Virus record (IMG/VR): IMGVR_UViG_3300011008_002732
From: an uncultured virus (IMG/VR IMGVR_UViG_3300011008_002732)
Lineage: Duplodnaviria; Heunggongvirae; Uroviricota; Caudoviricetes
Length of the DNA stretch: 64,000 bases
Reading direction: 5' to 3' (one strand)
Position 1 is the stretch's first letter, and the number at the start of each line of letters is the position of its first letter. A program made the translations under genes and the position numbers. A model generated the notes under the pieces. It ran no database searches, was not told the DNA's origin, and saw only the letters and a list, made by a program, of their open reading frames with translations. Shown in pieces: positions 37,735 to 48,039 of this stretch.

Positions 37735-40374
37735 TTACTTATTTAACGCATCCTTTCCACCACGATAGGCGACTCGCATAAGAGAACGTACCTCCTTATA
37801 GAACTCTGAATCAAATGCTTCCCATAATTCATTCGGCAACCAGTAGATTTCATCCATGTGTGCAACGAACTCAGCTAACTGACTAAACTTGTTCTGAACA
37901 GGAAGTCCATCCTTTCCGAGTATCAGCTTTCCATTCTTGTCAGTCATATAATAGTATGTGTCCGAATGACCACCGCTGATTTTCAAATGGTCCTTCCGTA
38001 GTGCTTGAATGACATCTGACATAGAACCGCTTTGTTCACTGATTGCCTTTGTTTCCACCATTACCTCGGCTCCAGGATTTGCTTTCTGCACTACCTTTAA
38101 CCATGCAGCCCAGAACTTGTCTCTAAGCTCCGTTTCGCTCATCGCTTCATATTTTGCTGCATATTTGTCGAACAACGCAGTAATACGCTTAGACCTACCC
38201 CAGTTTTTCTGATGGTCAAGTGCATGGCCATACTCATGATAGAATATCTCCTGCACCTCATACATATTCCCTGCACATCGTCCTTTGGTCTGATCGAAGT
38301 AGGCTCGATTGATAGACACATGTCCAAATCTATAACAACAATGGCCACTGCTATAGATATTGAAATCCTTATCAATGTTCTGCCTAATACCATCATACCA
38401 AGGAACAAATGTCGTCTCGTCTCTGAATAAGAGAGGATTTGGGAGATACTTCAAATCGATGCCCTTTTCAGTGAACACCTCAAACAAGTTCCAAGGTACG
38501 TTGGCATTCAATCTCAGCAGTCCATACTTAATAGCTGCTGGGTGGGTGGATAGCTTATAGATATTGTACGCTCCCTCAATCTGATTGTACACACCTCCAT
38601 AGCCATTCACCTCTATGTCATAGGCTCTGATGTCCTCCATGTACCTGTTGAAAGCTCGATACCAGCGTTTCGGTATCTTTCTCAAATCCGTTGCATTCGC
38701 CAGTTCATTGAGGTGGTCAATACATTTCCATACCGCTCCCTCATCTCGGTCAAGCATTTCTGTAAACTGAAGGCGAATAGAGTCATCCATCTTTCCACTT
38801 GTCACCATGTGGTCAAAGTGGTCACGGAAATCCAAGAAGCCGTAATGGTCTTTTCTTGCCGTACCAACAAAAGCATTGAGTTGGTCACGCACCCTACCTA
38901 TATCACGAGTGATAGTTCCGAATCCAGCCGCTTTCTGAGTGAAGGATGGTTTTACTACGTCCACAAGGTCGCCAGACAAGTAAGACTCATATTCGGTTAT
39001 CATTTCCTCAATGCCACGAAGTCTTTGCCATGATGCCTGCACATCGTACTGAAGCATGTGAGGAATGGCATGTAGCTTCGCAGACAATCTATTTGCGAAA
39101 TTCCTTCCATATTTGGTTTCAATATTATCACTACTGACGATACCAAATACCCTATCCCATTCATCGCTGAATTTATCCTTCTCATACTCAATTTGTGACG
39201 TCAATCTGTACAGCTCTCCGTCAAGCTGCGTATCTCTGACTCCTTTTGTAAGAAGCAATTTCTCGAAGCGGCTTGTGTCAATGTCAAGACCTTCCTTCCA
39301 TCTTTGGACCCTCTTCCATTCTTCTCCGGCCTCATCATCATATGAAACAAGCCTGCGCCAGTTCTCCCAACGTGTCGTATTGACATACTGAGCATTGTCC
39401 GTGTACCAATAAGGGAGAGTGTCATTCTCAGCAGCCTTGTCGATGCGCTCCGCATTTGCCTCCAGCCAGTCGGTGAAGTTCTTAGGAGGCTCGACAATTT
39501 CCGATACGTCCTCGTCATTCCAAAACTGCTCCTCTGTTTTTAGGATGGGAATGACATAGCACATGCAGTTCGGGTGCCAGCCCATGAACTTAAAATCCTT
39601 GGGGTACTTTCCTGCAAGATCATCGCAGATGTCCGGCACATGGCGTCCGTTCTGGGTGAGCTTAACCTCATACCCCAACACGAAGTCAAACTGCTTCCAC
39701 CTCTCCTGCTCGGCCGTGCGGTAGGCCATGTTTATCTCCGACCGTGCAAGTCGGATAGAACGATATTCGCAGTCTTGGCAAGTGACAGCCTTGCCAAACT
39801 TCTCCTTATAGTCATGCTTGAGTGATGGGAAGTCCTGCAGGTACTTACTCAACCTCTTCGATAACTTGACAGCAGACGTGCCCTTCTCGATGGCAGAAGA
39901 AATGGCAAACTCCATTTCCTCCCTATAGCCCTTCGACTGGTTCCACAACCTCTCTGACAGTCCGAGGCCATCATCCTTCCTTCTTTGAAAGGCTTTCAGC
40001 GCATCGCTATTCGTCTGATAATAGACTCGCGCCCTCTTGCTGTTGCGCTTAACCCCGTAGAACTTCAGCGCATTGTCGGCAAGCAAGTCCTGCACGAGGT
40101 TACTCTCCTTCCACTCTGCACTCGTGCCACTATAAATGAGGGAGCGCAGGTCACGCACAAAAGCGGCCTGCACCTCCTCAAACTTCTTTTTGGTAAGTGG
40201 GTAGTCTGAGAAGCGGAACGGCTCCGAGCCATCGTAGCCAGCCCTAACAACGGCACTGGCCACTTCCCTGTTCAAGGTGTCATAGACAGACTGCACCCTG
40301 TCCGCATAGCCTGCGAGACGGATGGAATGCGCCCTCCATCGGGCCTTCTGGTTGACACCCCTTGGCTTTGCCAT
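37735..40374 (-). CDS. MuF/gp7-like minor head protein with C-terminal HExxH metallopeptidase-like extension
   Basis: RLARSEINMAYR..DICDDLAGKYPK..GWHPNCMC (MuF); FYHEYGHALD and downstream AEFVAH. Confidence 0.8.
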   Translation of the reverse strand: MAKPRGVNQKARWRAHSIRLAGYADRVQSVYDTLNREVASAVVRAGYDGSEPFRFSDYPLTKKKFEEVQAAFVRDLRSLIYSGTSAEWKESNLVQDLLADNALKFYGVKRNSKRARVYYQTNSDALKAFQRRKDDGLGLSERLWNQSKGYREEMEFAISSAIEKGTSAVKLSKRLSKYLQDFPSLKHDYKEKFGKAVTCQDCEYRSIRLARSEINMAYRTAEQERWKQFDFVLGYEVKLTQNGRHVPDICDDLAGKYPKDFKFMGWHPNCMCYVIPILKTEEQFWNDEDVSEIVEPPKNFTDWLEANAERIDKAAENDTLPYWYTDNAQYVNTTRWENWRRLVSYDDEAGEEWKRVQRWKEGLDIDTSRFEKLLLTKGVRDTQLDGELYRLTSQIEYEKDKFSDEWDRVFGIVSSDNIETKYGRNFANRLSAKLHAIPHMLQYDVQASWQRLRGIEEMITEYESYLSGDLVDVVKPSFTQKAAGFGTITRDIGRVRDQLNAFVGTARKDHYGFLDFRDHFDHMVTSGKMDDSIRLQFTEMLDRDEGAVWKCIDHLNELANATDLRKIPKRWYRAFNRYMEDIRAYDIEVNGYGGVYNQIEGAYNIYKLSTHPAAIKYGLLRLNANVPWNLFEVFTEKGIDLKYLPNPLLFRDETTFVPWYDGIRQNIDKDFNIYSSGHCCYRFGHVSINRAYFDQTKGRCAGNMYEVQEIFYHEYGHALDHQKNWGRSKRITALFDKYAAKYEAMSETELRDKFWAAWLKVVQKANPGAEVMVETKAISEQSGSMSDVIQALRKDHLKISGGHSDTYYYMTDKNGKLILGKDGLPVQNKFSQLAEFVAHMDEIYWLPNELWEAFDSEFYKEVRSLMRVAYRGGKDALNK

Positions 40375-40782
40375 TTACTTCTCATCTGTAAAATCTGGTT
40401 CCGGCATTCTCATCAGCCTGTAGGCTTTCACCGTGCTTACACCGTCCACGATGGCATGGCACAGGCGATGGTTGCCGTCTGCCACCTGTCCTAAATCGTC
40501 AAGGATGATGGGGTTGTTCTCATAGTCCGCTGCAAGCAGACGTCTGACTTGCCAGCAGAAATCATCCATGTTCTCCAAAGAGAAATACCTGTTGCTCATG
40601 TCGTATGCAGCAACAGGATAATCGAAAGGTTCAAGTTCCTGGTCTTTCACCGCCTTCTGCAAGGTGGTGGCCATCCAACACTTATTACCTCTATGGTATC
40701 GGCTCTCCTCGAACTCGAACTTGGCAAACGAAAGGACAGGTGCTTCGCTCATATCTATTCTTCCTTGGTAAAGGCCGGACAC
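40375..40782 (-). CDS. ParB/Srx-like small protein
   Basis: PIILDD.G.VADGNHRL motif. Confidence 0.65.
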   Translation of the reverse strand: MSGLYQGRIDMSEAPVLSFAKFEFEESRYHRGNKCWMATTLQKAVKDQELEPFDYPVAAYDMSNRYFSLENMDDFCWQVRRLLAADYENNPIILDDLGQVADGNHRLCHAIVDGVSTVKAYRLMRMPEPDFTDEK

Positions 40783-41399
40783 CAGTCGGACACCTCGCCT
40801 GTGACGGCATCGATGAACAGCACGTTATGTGTGTCGCCTAACGTCCATTGGGGATTGCACTTCAATGACCCGACAGGCACACGTAGCGTAATATATCGTG
40901 CCTTGGGCAGTATGCCATTCCATTCCTTCAGTCGCTGTAGAGCATCCTCGCAAGTCAGTACAATGGGCGCATCACTCAGATCATCGTCCTCTATCCAAAT
41001 GTCATTGATGGGATAAGGAACCTGCGTGCCTCGCTTCACGTTAACATTGACATACTGCACCTGTGGCCCCTTCTCGTTGTCCCAGTAGTAGAACACGTCG
41101 TTGATGTCGGTGACATGGAGGTCGTCGATGTTCTCCAGCGTCAGCGTGTCGCTGAAAATGACACGGCTGTTACGCCATTGGTAGCGGTCTGTCTTGTCGT
41201 GAATGACAGAGTAGGCCGTCTGGCGGTGAAGCGACTGAATGTGCGCAACACCAGCAGTGAAATCCTGCACCACGCCGTCATAGTCGTGGTACACCACATC
41301 TTTCGTTTCCTGTTTTGCTTTGTCGGAATGACAGGAGGAACACCCCGTGAGTGCAATGCCAACCAGCATCAGCAAGCTCATAAAGATTACACGTTTCAT
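40755..41399 (-). CDS. Lipoprotein
   Basis: MKRVIFMSLLMLVGIALTGC lipobox; C-terminal FIDAVTGEV (PepSY-like). Confidence 0.7.
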   Translation of the reverse strand: MKRVIFMSLLMLVGIALTGCSSCHSDKAKQETKDVVYHDYDGVVQDFTAGVAHIQSLHRQTAYSVIHDKTDRYQWRNSRVIFSDTLTLENIDDLHVTDINDVFYYWDNEKGPQVQYVNVNVKRGTQVPYPINDIWIEDDDLSDAPIVLTCEDALQRLKEWNGILPKARYITLRVPVGSLKCNPQWTLGDTHNVLFIDAVTGEVSDWCPAFTKEE

Positions 41400-41410
41400 A
41401 TTATTCTCGC

Positions 41411-41614
41411 TTATGCGATTCTCATCTTGAAATTGGCACACGCCCTCTGACTGAGCAGCATACTCTTCGACTCCTTCCAATGCGGACACCTGCCGAGCGT
41501 GGGCTTTCCCTCGATTGACAGGAGGTTGGTAGGTTCCCACACCTCCGTACAATGGACGCACTCCCTACAGTAGTGGATAACGTCAGGACTCTTCTGTTGC
41601 TTTCTTGGGGACAT
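41411..41614 (-). CDS. Small Cys-rich hypothetical protein
   Basis: CRECVHC..CP..C. Confidence 0.55.
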   Translation of the reverse strand: MSPRKQQKSPDVIHYCRECVHCTEVWEPTNLLSIEGKPTLGRCPHWKESKSMLLSQRACANFKMRIA

Positions 41615-41939
41615 AGACCTTCAATTCTCCGGACACGCGGAAGCCTCCGTTCTCCTCCTTGGTGACATACTCTATGAGGCGGTTTGCGTCGATGCTGCCG
41701 ATGATGTGCTTGCGAATGTTCTTACACGCCTCGTTCAAGATGCCGCGCTTACCCTCTCTCAATGACATCCTCGCACCGTCCCTGTAGCGGAACTCCTTCA
41801 CGTCCTTCTTGGTGATTACATAGGTCAAGCCGACCTTCTGAGGCTCATAGTCTATGACCTCTAGAACATTCTCGATGTTGGCCTGTGGGTCGAGTCTCTT
41901 GGCGACCAGCAGGAACCATTGGGCTAATCTCTTTCTCAT
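41583..41939 (-). CDS. Hypothetical protein
   Basis: 118 aa downstream of portal. Confidence 0.6.
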   Translation of the reverse strand: MRKRLAQWFLLVAKRLDPQANIENVLEVIDYEPQKVGLTYVITKKDVKEFRYRDGARMSLREGKRGILNEACKNIRKHIIGSIDANRLIEYVTKEENGGFRVSGELKVYVPKKATEES

Positions 41940-41957
41940 AATATATGGGGATTGTAA

Positions 41958-43403
41958 TTACTCTGCCGAAGCACCGCCGAAGATGTCATTCACCCTCTGC
42001 TCCATGGAAGCGTTCTGCTCACGCTCATACTCCTCATAGGTGGCATCCGGGTCTTCAGACACACCAGCCTTGCGGATGGACTCCAAATGGCCGACCAGCG
42101 GCTTGTCACCGTTGGCCTTCATCCACTTCTCAATCTCGTACTTCTCGTCGTTCTGGACGAACGGAGTGATAATATGCTCGACATCTACGTTGTCAATCTC
42201 CTTCTCCCACTTCACGTTCATCTTCTTCAAGAAAGCCTTGATTACGTTGCACTCACGCTCCAGGAACTCAATCCATGGGCCGGCCTCGTCACCGATCTTC
42301 AAATGAGCATCCGTGAAGAGCGTCTGCCTTGCATCATAGCCGATGCTGCCCAAGCCCTTCAAGTTGTCGAAGGAAACGTCCGGCATCTGGGCCTGCATGA
42401 AGAACAACTTGACAAGCATTTCTATCTGATACTTCAGAGCCTCTACAGACTGGTTCCATGACACATAGGCCACATCACCGCCATTCTCCATGCGCCATGC
42501 GCGTCTCGACTCTCCCTTGTCTTCCTCGCCAATGACCTTGCCCGAAATCTTCAGCACAGGAGCCGAGTTGTAGGCAATGACATCGCTGTTGCGAGAAAGG
42601 GTGTACTCCATTTCCTCGCGCAGATACGAAAGGCCGTGATAGACTGGAGCGGGTCGCCACAGGTAGGCACCAGGTATCTTCAGTATGTTGATGGACTCTC
42701 CGCTCTGGGTCTCGCCATCCTCAGACTCTTCTTTCAGCACCTCACTCCACCCGTCTGGACTCGCGCTGTCCTGCTTCCATAGATAGTGTCTGTCCTCCGT
42801 GTATGTCTCGAAGTAGGTGATTGACCTTTCGCCGTCCTTCTTCACATACTCAAACGACATGGCAAGCATATCGTCCTTTTCGTCGATGAGAGGGTACAGA
42901 AGAACACCGTCCATCGGGGAGTACGTCTTACACTTCAGTTTGTACTTGCTGGGGAAGCCGTAGAGGGTGTTCTCCCTCTCTACCGTGTACCATATCGTGA
43001 AAATCTCACAGGAGGCATAGTAGGCCAGTCCACGCTTGAGGTTCACCGCATCGATGCGGGCGTGCTTGTAGATGGCCTCGATGGCATTGGCAATTTCCTG
43101 TCTTGTCTGATTTTCCTCGATGTTGGAATAGGCACGCTTTACTGGCAGGGAAAAGGTGTACTCGTTATATCGGTGCGAGAGCAGCTTCTCCATGCCGATG
43201 TAGATACGGGCCGCTTTCTCCAGAACTCCGTCGGAACGCTGTCTGTCCTTACGGCCAATCATGTCCGAGCAGATCTTGTGTTTCGTCGGCTCATAGTCAT
43301 TCAGCAGGTTCTTCCATTCGGGAACCGTCACAGACTTCTTTTTCAACTCCGTGATGATGGCGCCTGTGCTACCGGCACTGAAAATTTCTTTTATCGATGG
43401 CAT
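41958..43403 (-). CDS. SPP1-type portal protein (helper)
   Basis: About 481 aa from MPSIKEIF; between terminase and MuF. Confidence 0.9.
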   Translation of the reverse strand: MPSIKEIFSAGSTGAIITELKKKSVTVPEWKNLLNDYEPTKHKICSDMIGRKDRQRSDGVLEKAARIYIGMEKLLSHRYNEYTFSLPVKRAYSNIEENQTRQEIANAIEAIYKHARIDAVNLKRGLAYYASCEIFTIWYTVERENTLYGFPSKYKLKCKTYSPMDGVLLYPLIDEKDDMLAMSFEYVKKDGERSITYFETYTEDRHYLWKQDSASPDGWSEVLKEESEDGETQSGESINILKIPGAYLWRPAPVYHGLSYLREEMEYTLSRNSDVIAYNSAPVLKISGKVIGEEDKGESRRAWRMENGGDVAYVSWNQSVEALKYQIEMLVKLFFMQAQMPDVSFDNLKGLGSIGYDARQTLFTDAHLKIGDEAGPWIEFLERECNVIKAFLKKMNVKWEKEIDNVDVEHIITPFVQNDEKYEIEKWMKANGDKPLVGHLESIRKAGVSEDPDATYEEYEREQNASMEQRVNDIFGGASAE

Positions 43404-43515
43404 GCGCAAAAATGTTATAACGCTGCAAAGATACAAAATATGATTGAAACAGACACACTTTTCTTAAAATTATGCGCTGTTCCAAGCAATTTTTATACTT
43501 TTTGCTAAATCGGGG

Positions 43516-43809
43516 CTATTTTGCCTTCAATTCCGCGTATGCCTGTTTGAATTGTACCGACTTGCTGAGCAGGTCTATCAACTCCTGCTTCTTCCTCATA
43601 ATATATGGGAGTCCGCTGAACTTGTACGGCACAAACCCATATCCCTCGCGTCTGCTTGTCTCAATGTACCACTTTGAGCCGTAGTAGTGGGTTATCCCGT
43701 TCCAATCCTCCGTGATGGCTCTACGGGTGGCAATCAGACGGAACTCTCCGTTGTCGCTGTAGATGTACACCTTCTTGCTGGTGTTCTCGAATACCTTTGC
43801 CATAGTCAA
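43516..43809 (-). CDS. Hypothetical protein
   Basis: 97 aa in small-gene island. Confidence 0.6.
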   Translation of the reverse strand: MTMAKVFENTSKKVYIYSDNGEFRLIATRRAITEDWNGITHYYGSKWYIETSRREGYGFVPYKFSGLPYIMRKKQELIDLLSKSVQFKQAYAELKAK

Positions 43810-44054
43810 TCGTCTATCTCGTTAATCTCCGTGTAGAACTCCGTTATGCCATACTCCTTCAGCCGCTCGTCTGCGAACTTCTGAAGGCTCTTGGCTGCTT
43901 CATCGTCATAGCCGACCTCATATCGTCCGGCCGAATACCAAACACCGCCACCTTGGTAGTCAAACTCTTCCCGAATGACCGCATCCCAGTTGAGGTGGTG
44001 GTTCGCAAGGGCTTCCTGCCCTGCCATTATATGAATTTCCACTTGTAGTCTCAT
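43806..44054 (-). CDS. Hypothetical protein
   Basis: 82 aa, overlapping next gene. Confidence 0.6.
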   Translation of the reverse strand: MRLQVEIHIMAGQEALANHHLNWDAVIREEFDYQGGGVWYSAGRYEVGYDDEAAKSLQKFADERLKEYGITEFYTEINEIDD

Positions 44055-44156
44055 ATCCTTCTTCTTTAGATGGTTCTGAAAAAACTATGCCTATCTTCCC
44101 AGACCAGCATAGGGGTCTTCATCTATTGAAGAGCAATCAAATTGCTCTAATCGCGA

Positions 44157-44546
44157 TTATAGGTTATACTTCTCTCTCAGATAATCTCCCAACTCGTAGG
44201 GGTCGAGGAACAAGTCCTTGAACTCATTCAACTCCCTCACACAGCCTTTGTATGCCCTGATGCACTCCGACACCTTCTCGTAGCAAAGTTCGCTGTTGAA
44301 GTCGTCGATGGTCATATCTCCGTATGTGGCATCCATGCACATGGTTTCAAGGACCTGTCTGAGGTCGCTTGCCTTCATCTTGCTATCTGGTTGCCAGTAG
44401 TCCTCCGTGAACTTACGTCCACCACACTCCACCGTAATCTTGAAGTGGTGTTTCTTATGTCCGTGCGCCCACTCCGGGGTGTCGATGCCGATATGTCGGC
44501 TGCTTACTTGGATGGTCTTGTCATTCCACTTGATCTTCGTTTTCAT
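44157..44546 (-). CDS. Hypothetical protein
   Basis: 129 aa, AAGAGCAATG leader. Confidence 0.65.
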   Translation of the reverse strand: MKTKIKWNDKTIQVSSRHIGIDTPEWAHGHKKHHFKITVECGGRKFTEDYWQPDSKMKASDLRQVLETMCMDATYGDMTIDDFNSELCYEKVSECIRAYKGCVRELNEFKDLFLDPYELGDYLREKYNL

Positions 44547-44570
44547 TGCTCTTTAATTTTAGATGGTGAA

Positions 44571-44774
44571 TTACTTAATTGCCTCTTTATAGGCTTTTGT
44601 CATCAACTCTGATATTTCAGACTTCTTCATTCCCGAAAAACGATGTGGCTGTGCTAAGACACCCTTCGAACTCACTTGTCCTACGAATGTGAACGAACTG
44701 GTTATTAAAGCTACTTCGTTACCTGTTACGAAGATAAAACTTCCAAAACTTGTGCTAAACGTTCTTGTCTTCAT
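44571..44774 (-). CDS. Hypothetical protein
   Basis: 67 aa, AAGAGCAATG leader, first gene after promoter 44821. Confidence 0.6.
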   Translation of the reverse strand: MKTRTFSTSFGSFIFVTGNEVALITSSFTFVGQVSSKGVLAQPHRFSGMKKSEISELMTKAYKEAIK

Positions 44775-44820
44775 TGCTCTTCTCTTTACTTAGATGAATA
44801 ATAATGTTTCTTATATTTGA

Positions 44821-44853
44821 TGTAAAGGTAGTCATTTTTTTGCAAACGACCAA
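44821..44853 (-). promoter_or_regulatory. Early promoter/operator copy
   Basis: TGTAAAGGTAGTCATTTTTTTGCAAACGACCAA. Confidence 0.75.
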
Positions 44854-45044
44854 ATAAAATCGCAATTATTTTCATGCCGAACCTCTTAAAATCAAAGATT
44901 TAACTTTTGCTCACAAATATCAAAAAACCAGCCCGTAGTCTCACGACTTGGACTGGCAAGAGCAATGAAAACTGCATGAAAGCAGCTTCATTATATAAGA
45001 AACAGGGGCAAAGGTACAACAATTTTTCCAAACGGCTGCAAAAT

Positions 45045-46553
45045 TTAGAGGAAATCTTTGAAAATCTCGTTGTCCTGCACCACAATATAGTCATTCGGGT
45101 AGAAGGTGTTGACAACGGCATCGAGGTAGTCCGGCGACCTTCCGAGACGTTTCTTGATGTCTTCCTTGCTCTCCATGATTATCGATCCGCTGCTCTGGAA
45201 CTTCCAATGCACCTCCGTACACTCCTGCATGAAGAAATCGTTGGGCGGCACGGCAGCGTCGAAGCCGTTCTTCGGGTTGAGCCAGTCCCTCAATGCCCAA
45301 TACAGGTATGCCCTCATGTTCGCAAAGGTATAGACCTCCGTGACATCGTGAAGTCCATTCGCACTCTCGCTGAACTTGCAGGAGTAGGCTTGCTCGTACC
45401 CCAACTCCTTCAGACGCGAATAGACTCCGGCGCCCTCTCCGATGGTATCGACAAAGGCTTTCACTCCCTTCTGATTGAGATAGGAGGTGGTCATTCCTGC
45501 AACATGCATGTGGTCGGCCACGCCTGCCGAGTTGTGCACCTCGAACTCTCCGAGGAAATTGCCATAGCGAGGTGCCAGCACAGAAGAGTCTCGACCCATT
45601 CCGGCCACATCGACACCAAGGCGGCATTTCTTCTTCGGTTTGAAACCTTCCTCCTGTAGTTCCTTCCACCGCTCATTGGCCAGTTCCACCCATTCGTATG
45701 GTATCAGCACGTCCTCGGCAACCTTCGGGAACATTCCAAGCACCTTGACACGAAAGAGATCATTTGGGCGATACCAGCATCCTTCCCACTCAAAGTCACC
45801 CTCTCCCTCATTGACATCTTCCTCTCTGATGGGGATGCACCACGTCTCGACCTTATCCTTCACCCATTCATAGTCAACCTGGCCTGGTATTACATTCTCC
45901 TTCTTGACCACGTTCTCCGCATGTAGGCTGTTCAATCGGAACTTCGTGAAACGGGACGATTTCATCGCCTTGGCGGCATAGCCAGTAGTGATGTTCGGGT
46001 TGAACACTATCAACAGACGCGAGTTGCCCTGCAAGTTACCCTCTATGGCATTATATATGGTTTCCGAGATACCCGAAGCCTCCGTGACCACGAACATCGT
46101 ATTGACGGCATGGAAGCCCGACCATGCCTCCGTGTTGTCGGAACTCGACTTGAAACCCGTCAAGAACCATTCCTCGTGACTCGTTCTGATGTCATAGGAA
46201 ACCAAACGGCCCGGCAGCACCTTCGCGGCCTTGAACAGACGTCTTACCTCCGGCACCATGATATTACCCACCTGTCTGTCCGTAGGGGCAGTCATGGCCA
46301 CCTTGGTATTCTTCACCAGCACACCGCCCTTCCATCTGGGAGTGAGGTACATGAAGCACAGACAAGCGACAGCAGCGATATAGTCCTTGCCTCGGGCTGT
46401 ACCCGACGCAACGGCAACCATACGCTCGTTCTGAACGGCACGCAGTATGGCCTTCTGCTCATCGTCAAGTCGAGCGTGTAGAACCTGTTTGGCGAATAAA
46501 CACCAGTCGTTTCTCCACGCTCGCATCTTCTTCTGCCACTTGTCGTTGCCCAT
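45045..46553 (-). CDS. terL: Terminase large subunit
   Basis: SGTARGKD Walker A variant, VVTEASG Walker B variant, LGVDVAGMGRD nuclease motif, RSPDYLDA. Confidence 0.92.
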   Translation of the reverse strand: MGNDKWQKKMRAWRNDWCLFAKQVLHARLDDEQKAILRAVQNERMVAVASGTARGKDYIAAVACLCFMYLTPRWKGGVLVKNTKVAMTAPTDRQVGNIMVPEVRRLFKAAKVLPGRLVSYDIRTSHEEWFLTGFKSSSDNTEAWSGFHAVNTMFVVTEASGISETIYNAIEGNLQGNSRLLIVFNPNITTGYAAKAMKSSRFTKFRLNSLHAENVVKKENVIPGQVDYEWVKDKVETWCIPIREEDVNEGEGDFEWEGCWYRPNDLFRVKVLGMFPKVAEDVLIPYEWVELANERWKELQEEGFKPKKKCRLGVDVAGMGRDSSVLAPRYGNFLGEFEVHNSAGVADHMHVAGMTTSYLNQKGVKAFVDTIGEGAGVYSRLKELGYEQAYSCKFSESANGLHDVTEVYTFANMRAYLYWALRDWLNPKNGFDAAVPPNDFFMQECTEVHWKFQSSGSIIMESKEDIKKRLGRSPDYLDAVVNTFYPNDYIVVQDNEIFKDFL

Positions 46554-46903
46554 TACTCGTCGTCCTCGGTGTCCTGCATCAGTTGTTCAAACGCATTGAT
46601 ATTGACATCAGTCTCGGTCTTCTCGACATAGCCTCGCTTCTTGCCCTTGGTTCGGAGGAAGAATATCAAAGCCTGCAGATCATTGTTGTCGATATGTTCC
46701 TTCAACTTGCTCTCAGCCCAGTCGAGGATGGACTCGTCAACCTCTTCCAGTCCCTCAGCGAGCTTCTTCTTCTTCTCCTTCCATTCGTAGAAGGTCTTTC
46801 GGGAGATACCGAGCGCAGTACAGGTTGCCGTGATATTGCAACCCTTCTTCTCGTAAACTTGGATAATCTTCTCTATTGGTATATTCTTAGCCATTTTATT
46901 CAA
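46553..46903 (-). CDS. terS: Terminase small subunit (HTH)
   Basis: NITATCTALGISRKTFYEW HTH; ALIFFLRTKGKKRGY; coupled to terL. Confidence 0.75.
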   Translation of the reverse strand: MNKMAKNIPIEKIIQVYEKKGCNITATCTALGISRKTFYEWKEKKKKLAEGLEEVDESILDWAESKLKEHIDNNDLQALIFFLRTKGKKRGYVEKTETDVNINAFEQLMQDTEDDE

Positions 46904-47177
46904 GTGGGATTGTTATTACTTTTCTCAACTCATCAAATGCCTCAGAAATCTTCGGCTTAATAGCAAGCTCGAGCTTGACCAACTCTTCATCATCTATATT
47001 GATTCCAAGCTCTTCGGTATTACAGATAACGTCATGAATGATTTTATACTCAACCTCGCCTTGTCCGTATTCAAGCCATTCGGCACATTTCTTGCGTCGT
47101 GGCCAGTAAAATCGGTTCCAAAACTTAACCCACAACTCTCGAGGTGTGTAGAGTGTTATCTTTATCTCCTTAGCCAT
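46896..47177 (-). CDS. Hypothetical protein
   Basis: 93 aa in operon. Confidence 0.55.
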   Translation of the reverse strand: MAKEIKITLYTPRELWVKFWNRFYWPRRKKCAEWLEYGQGEVEYKIIHDVICNTEELGINIDDEELVKLELAIKPKISEAFDELRKVITIPLE

Positions 47178-47181
47178 ATCT

Positions 47182-48039
47182 CTACTGGTTTATCGCTGAC
47201 AAAATAAGCATCTTCATAGTATCTGCATAGGAGAAATTCTTCGTCAGCAGGAAACACTTGGCGAAGTGGTCTATCGGACCGAGGCCGGGCAGCAGGTTCA
47301 CGTCTATCACAAAGACGTTACCATCGCTATCCCTGCGGAAGTCGATACGGGCATGGTGCTTCAATCCAAGAGCCTCAAACACCTCCAAGGCTACAGATTC
47401 CAGCTCCTCGCTGTCCTGTGCCTCTGAGCAGTATTCCTTGAAGCCTACTTTGCAGTCACGGGTCTGAATACCTTCAGTCTCGTCGCACTCCACCTCGATA
47501 GCAGCTGTGGCGATACCCTCTCCGAGGAAACAGCAGGCCACGGTGCAGTCCTTGCCCTCTATGAACTCTTCGATGATACTCTCATACCCAAGTTCCTCCA
47601 GACGCATGACTTGAAACTTCACGTCTGCCTTAGTTCTGCAGATATTATGGATGGTGATGCCGAAGCTGTCACTACCATAGCGAGGCTTCACGAAATACGT
47701 CTTGCCATCCTCCACCTCATCAATGGTGAACTGACGGGGAACCTGTATCTCATGCTCCTGCAAGAAGTCTGCGAATGTAGCCTTGTCCTTAATCGTCTCG
47801 TAGGCTTCATAGCTCTCAGCTGTACTCTTGATGTGCTTCCTCTCGATGGTGTCTAAGAGAGGTTTGCTTGCCGTTCTCAGCAGAACGACATCATCCGGAC
47901 CTACGAAGTCCAGTTCATCATCCTCATCCACGACTGCAAGCTTGATATTCTCCTTGCCGAGCACTTCACGATAGAAGCGGAACACAGGGCTTGTACCGAA
48001 GCCCTCCATTTCTGATTTACTTACTACACTCCAAATCAT
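47182..48039 (-). CDS. ATP-grasp ligase (D-Ala-D-Ala ligase-like fold)
   Basis: FVKPRYGSDSFGI, EEFIEG, ARIDFR, IDVNLLPGL. Confidence 0.85.
   Translation of the reverse strand: MIWSVVSKSEMEGFGTSPVFRFYREVLGKENIKLAVVDEDDELDFVGPDDVVLLRTASKPLLDTIERKHIKSTAESYEAYETIKDKATFADFLQEHEIQVPRQFTIDEVEDGKTYFVKPRYGSDSFGITIHNICRTKADVKFQVMRLEELGYESIIEEFIEGKDCTVACCFLGEGIATAAIEVECDETEGIQTRDCKVGFKEYCSEAQDSEELESVALEVFEALGLKHHARIDFRRDSDGNVFVIDVNLLPGLGPIDHFAKCFLLTKNFSYADTMKMLILSAINQ

Noticed and set aside
47182..48039. Host ddl gene marking a prophage boundary
   Set aside because: N-terminus is not Ddl-like, and the gene is coupled within a phage operon leading to the terminase
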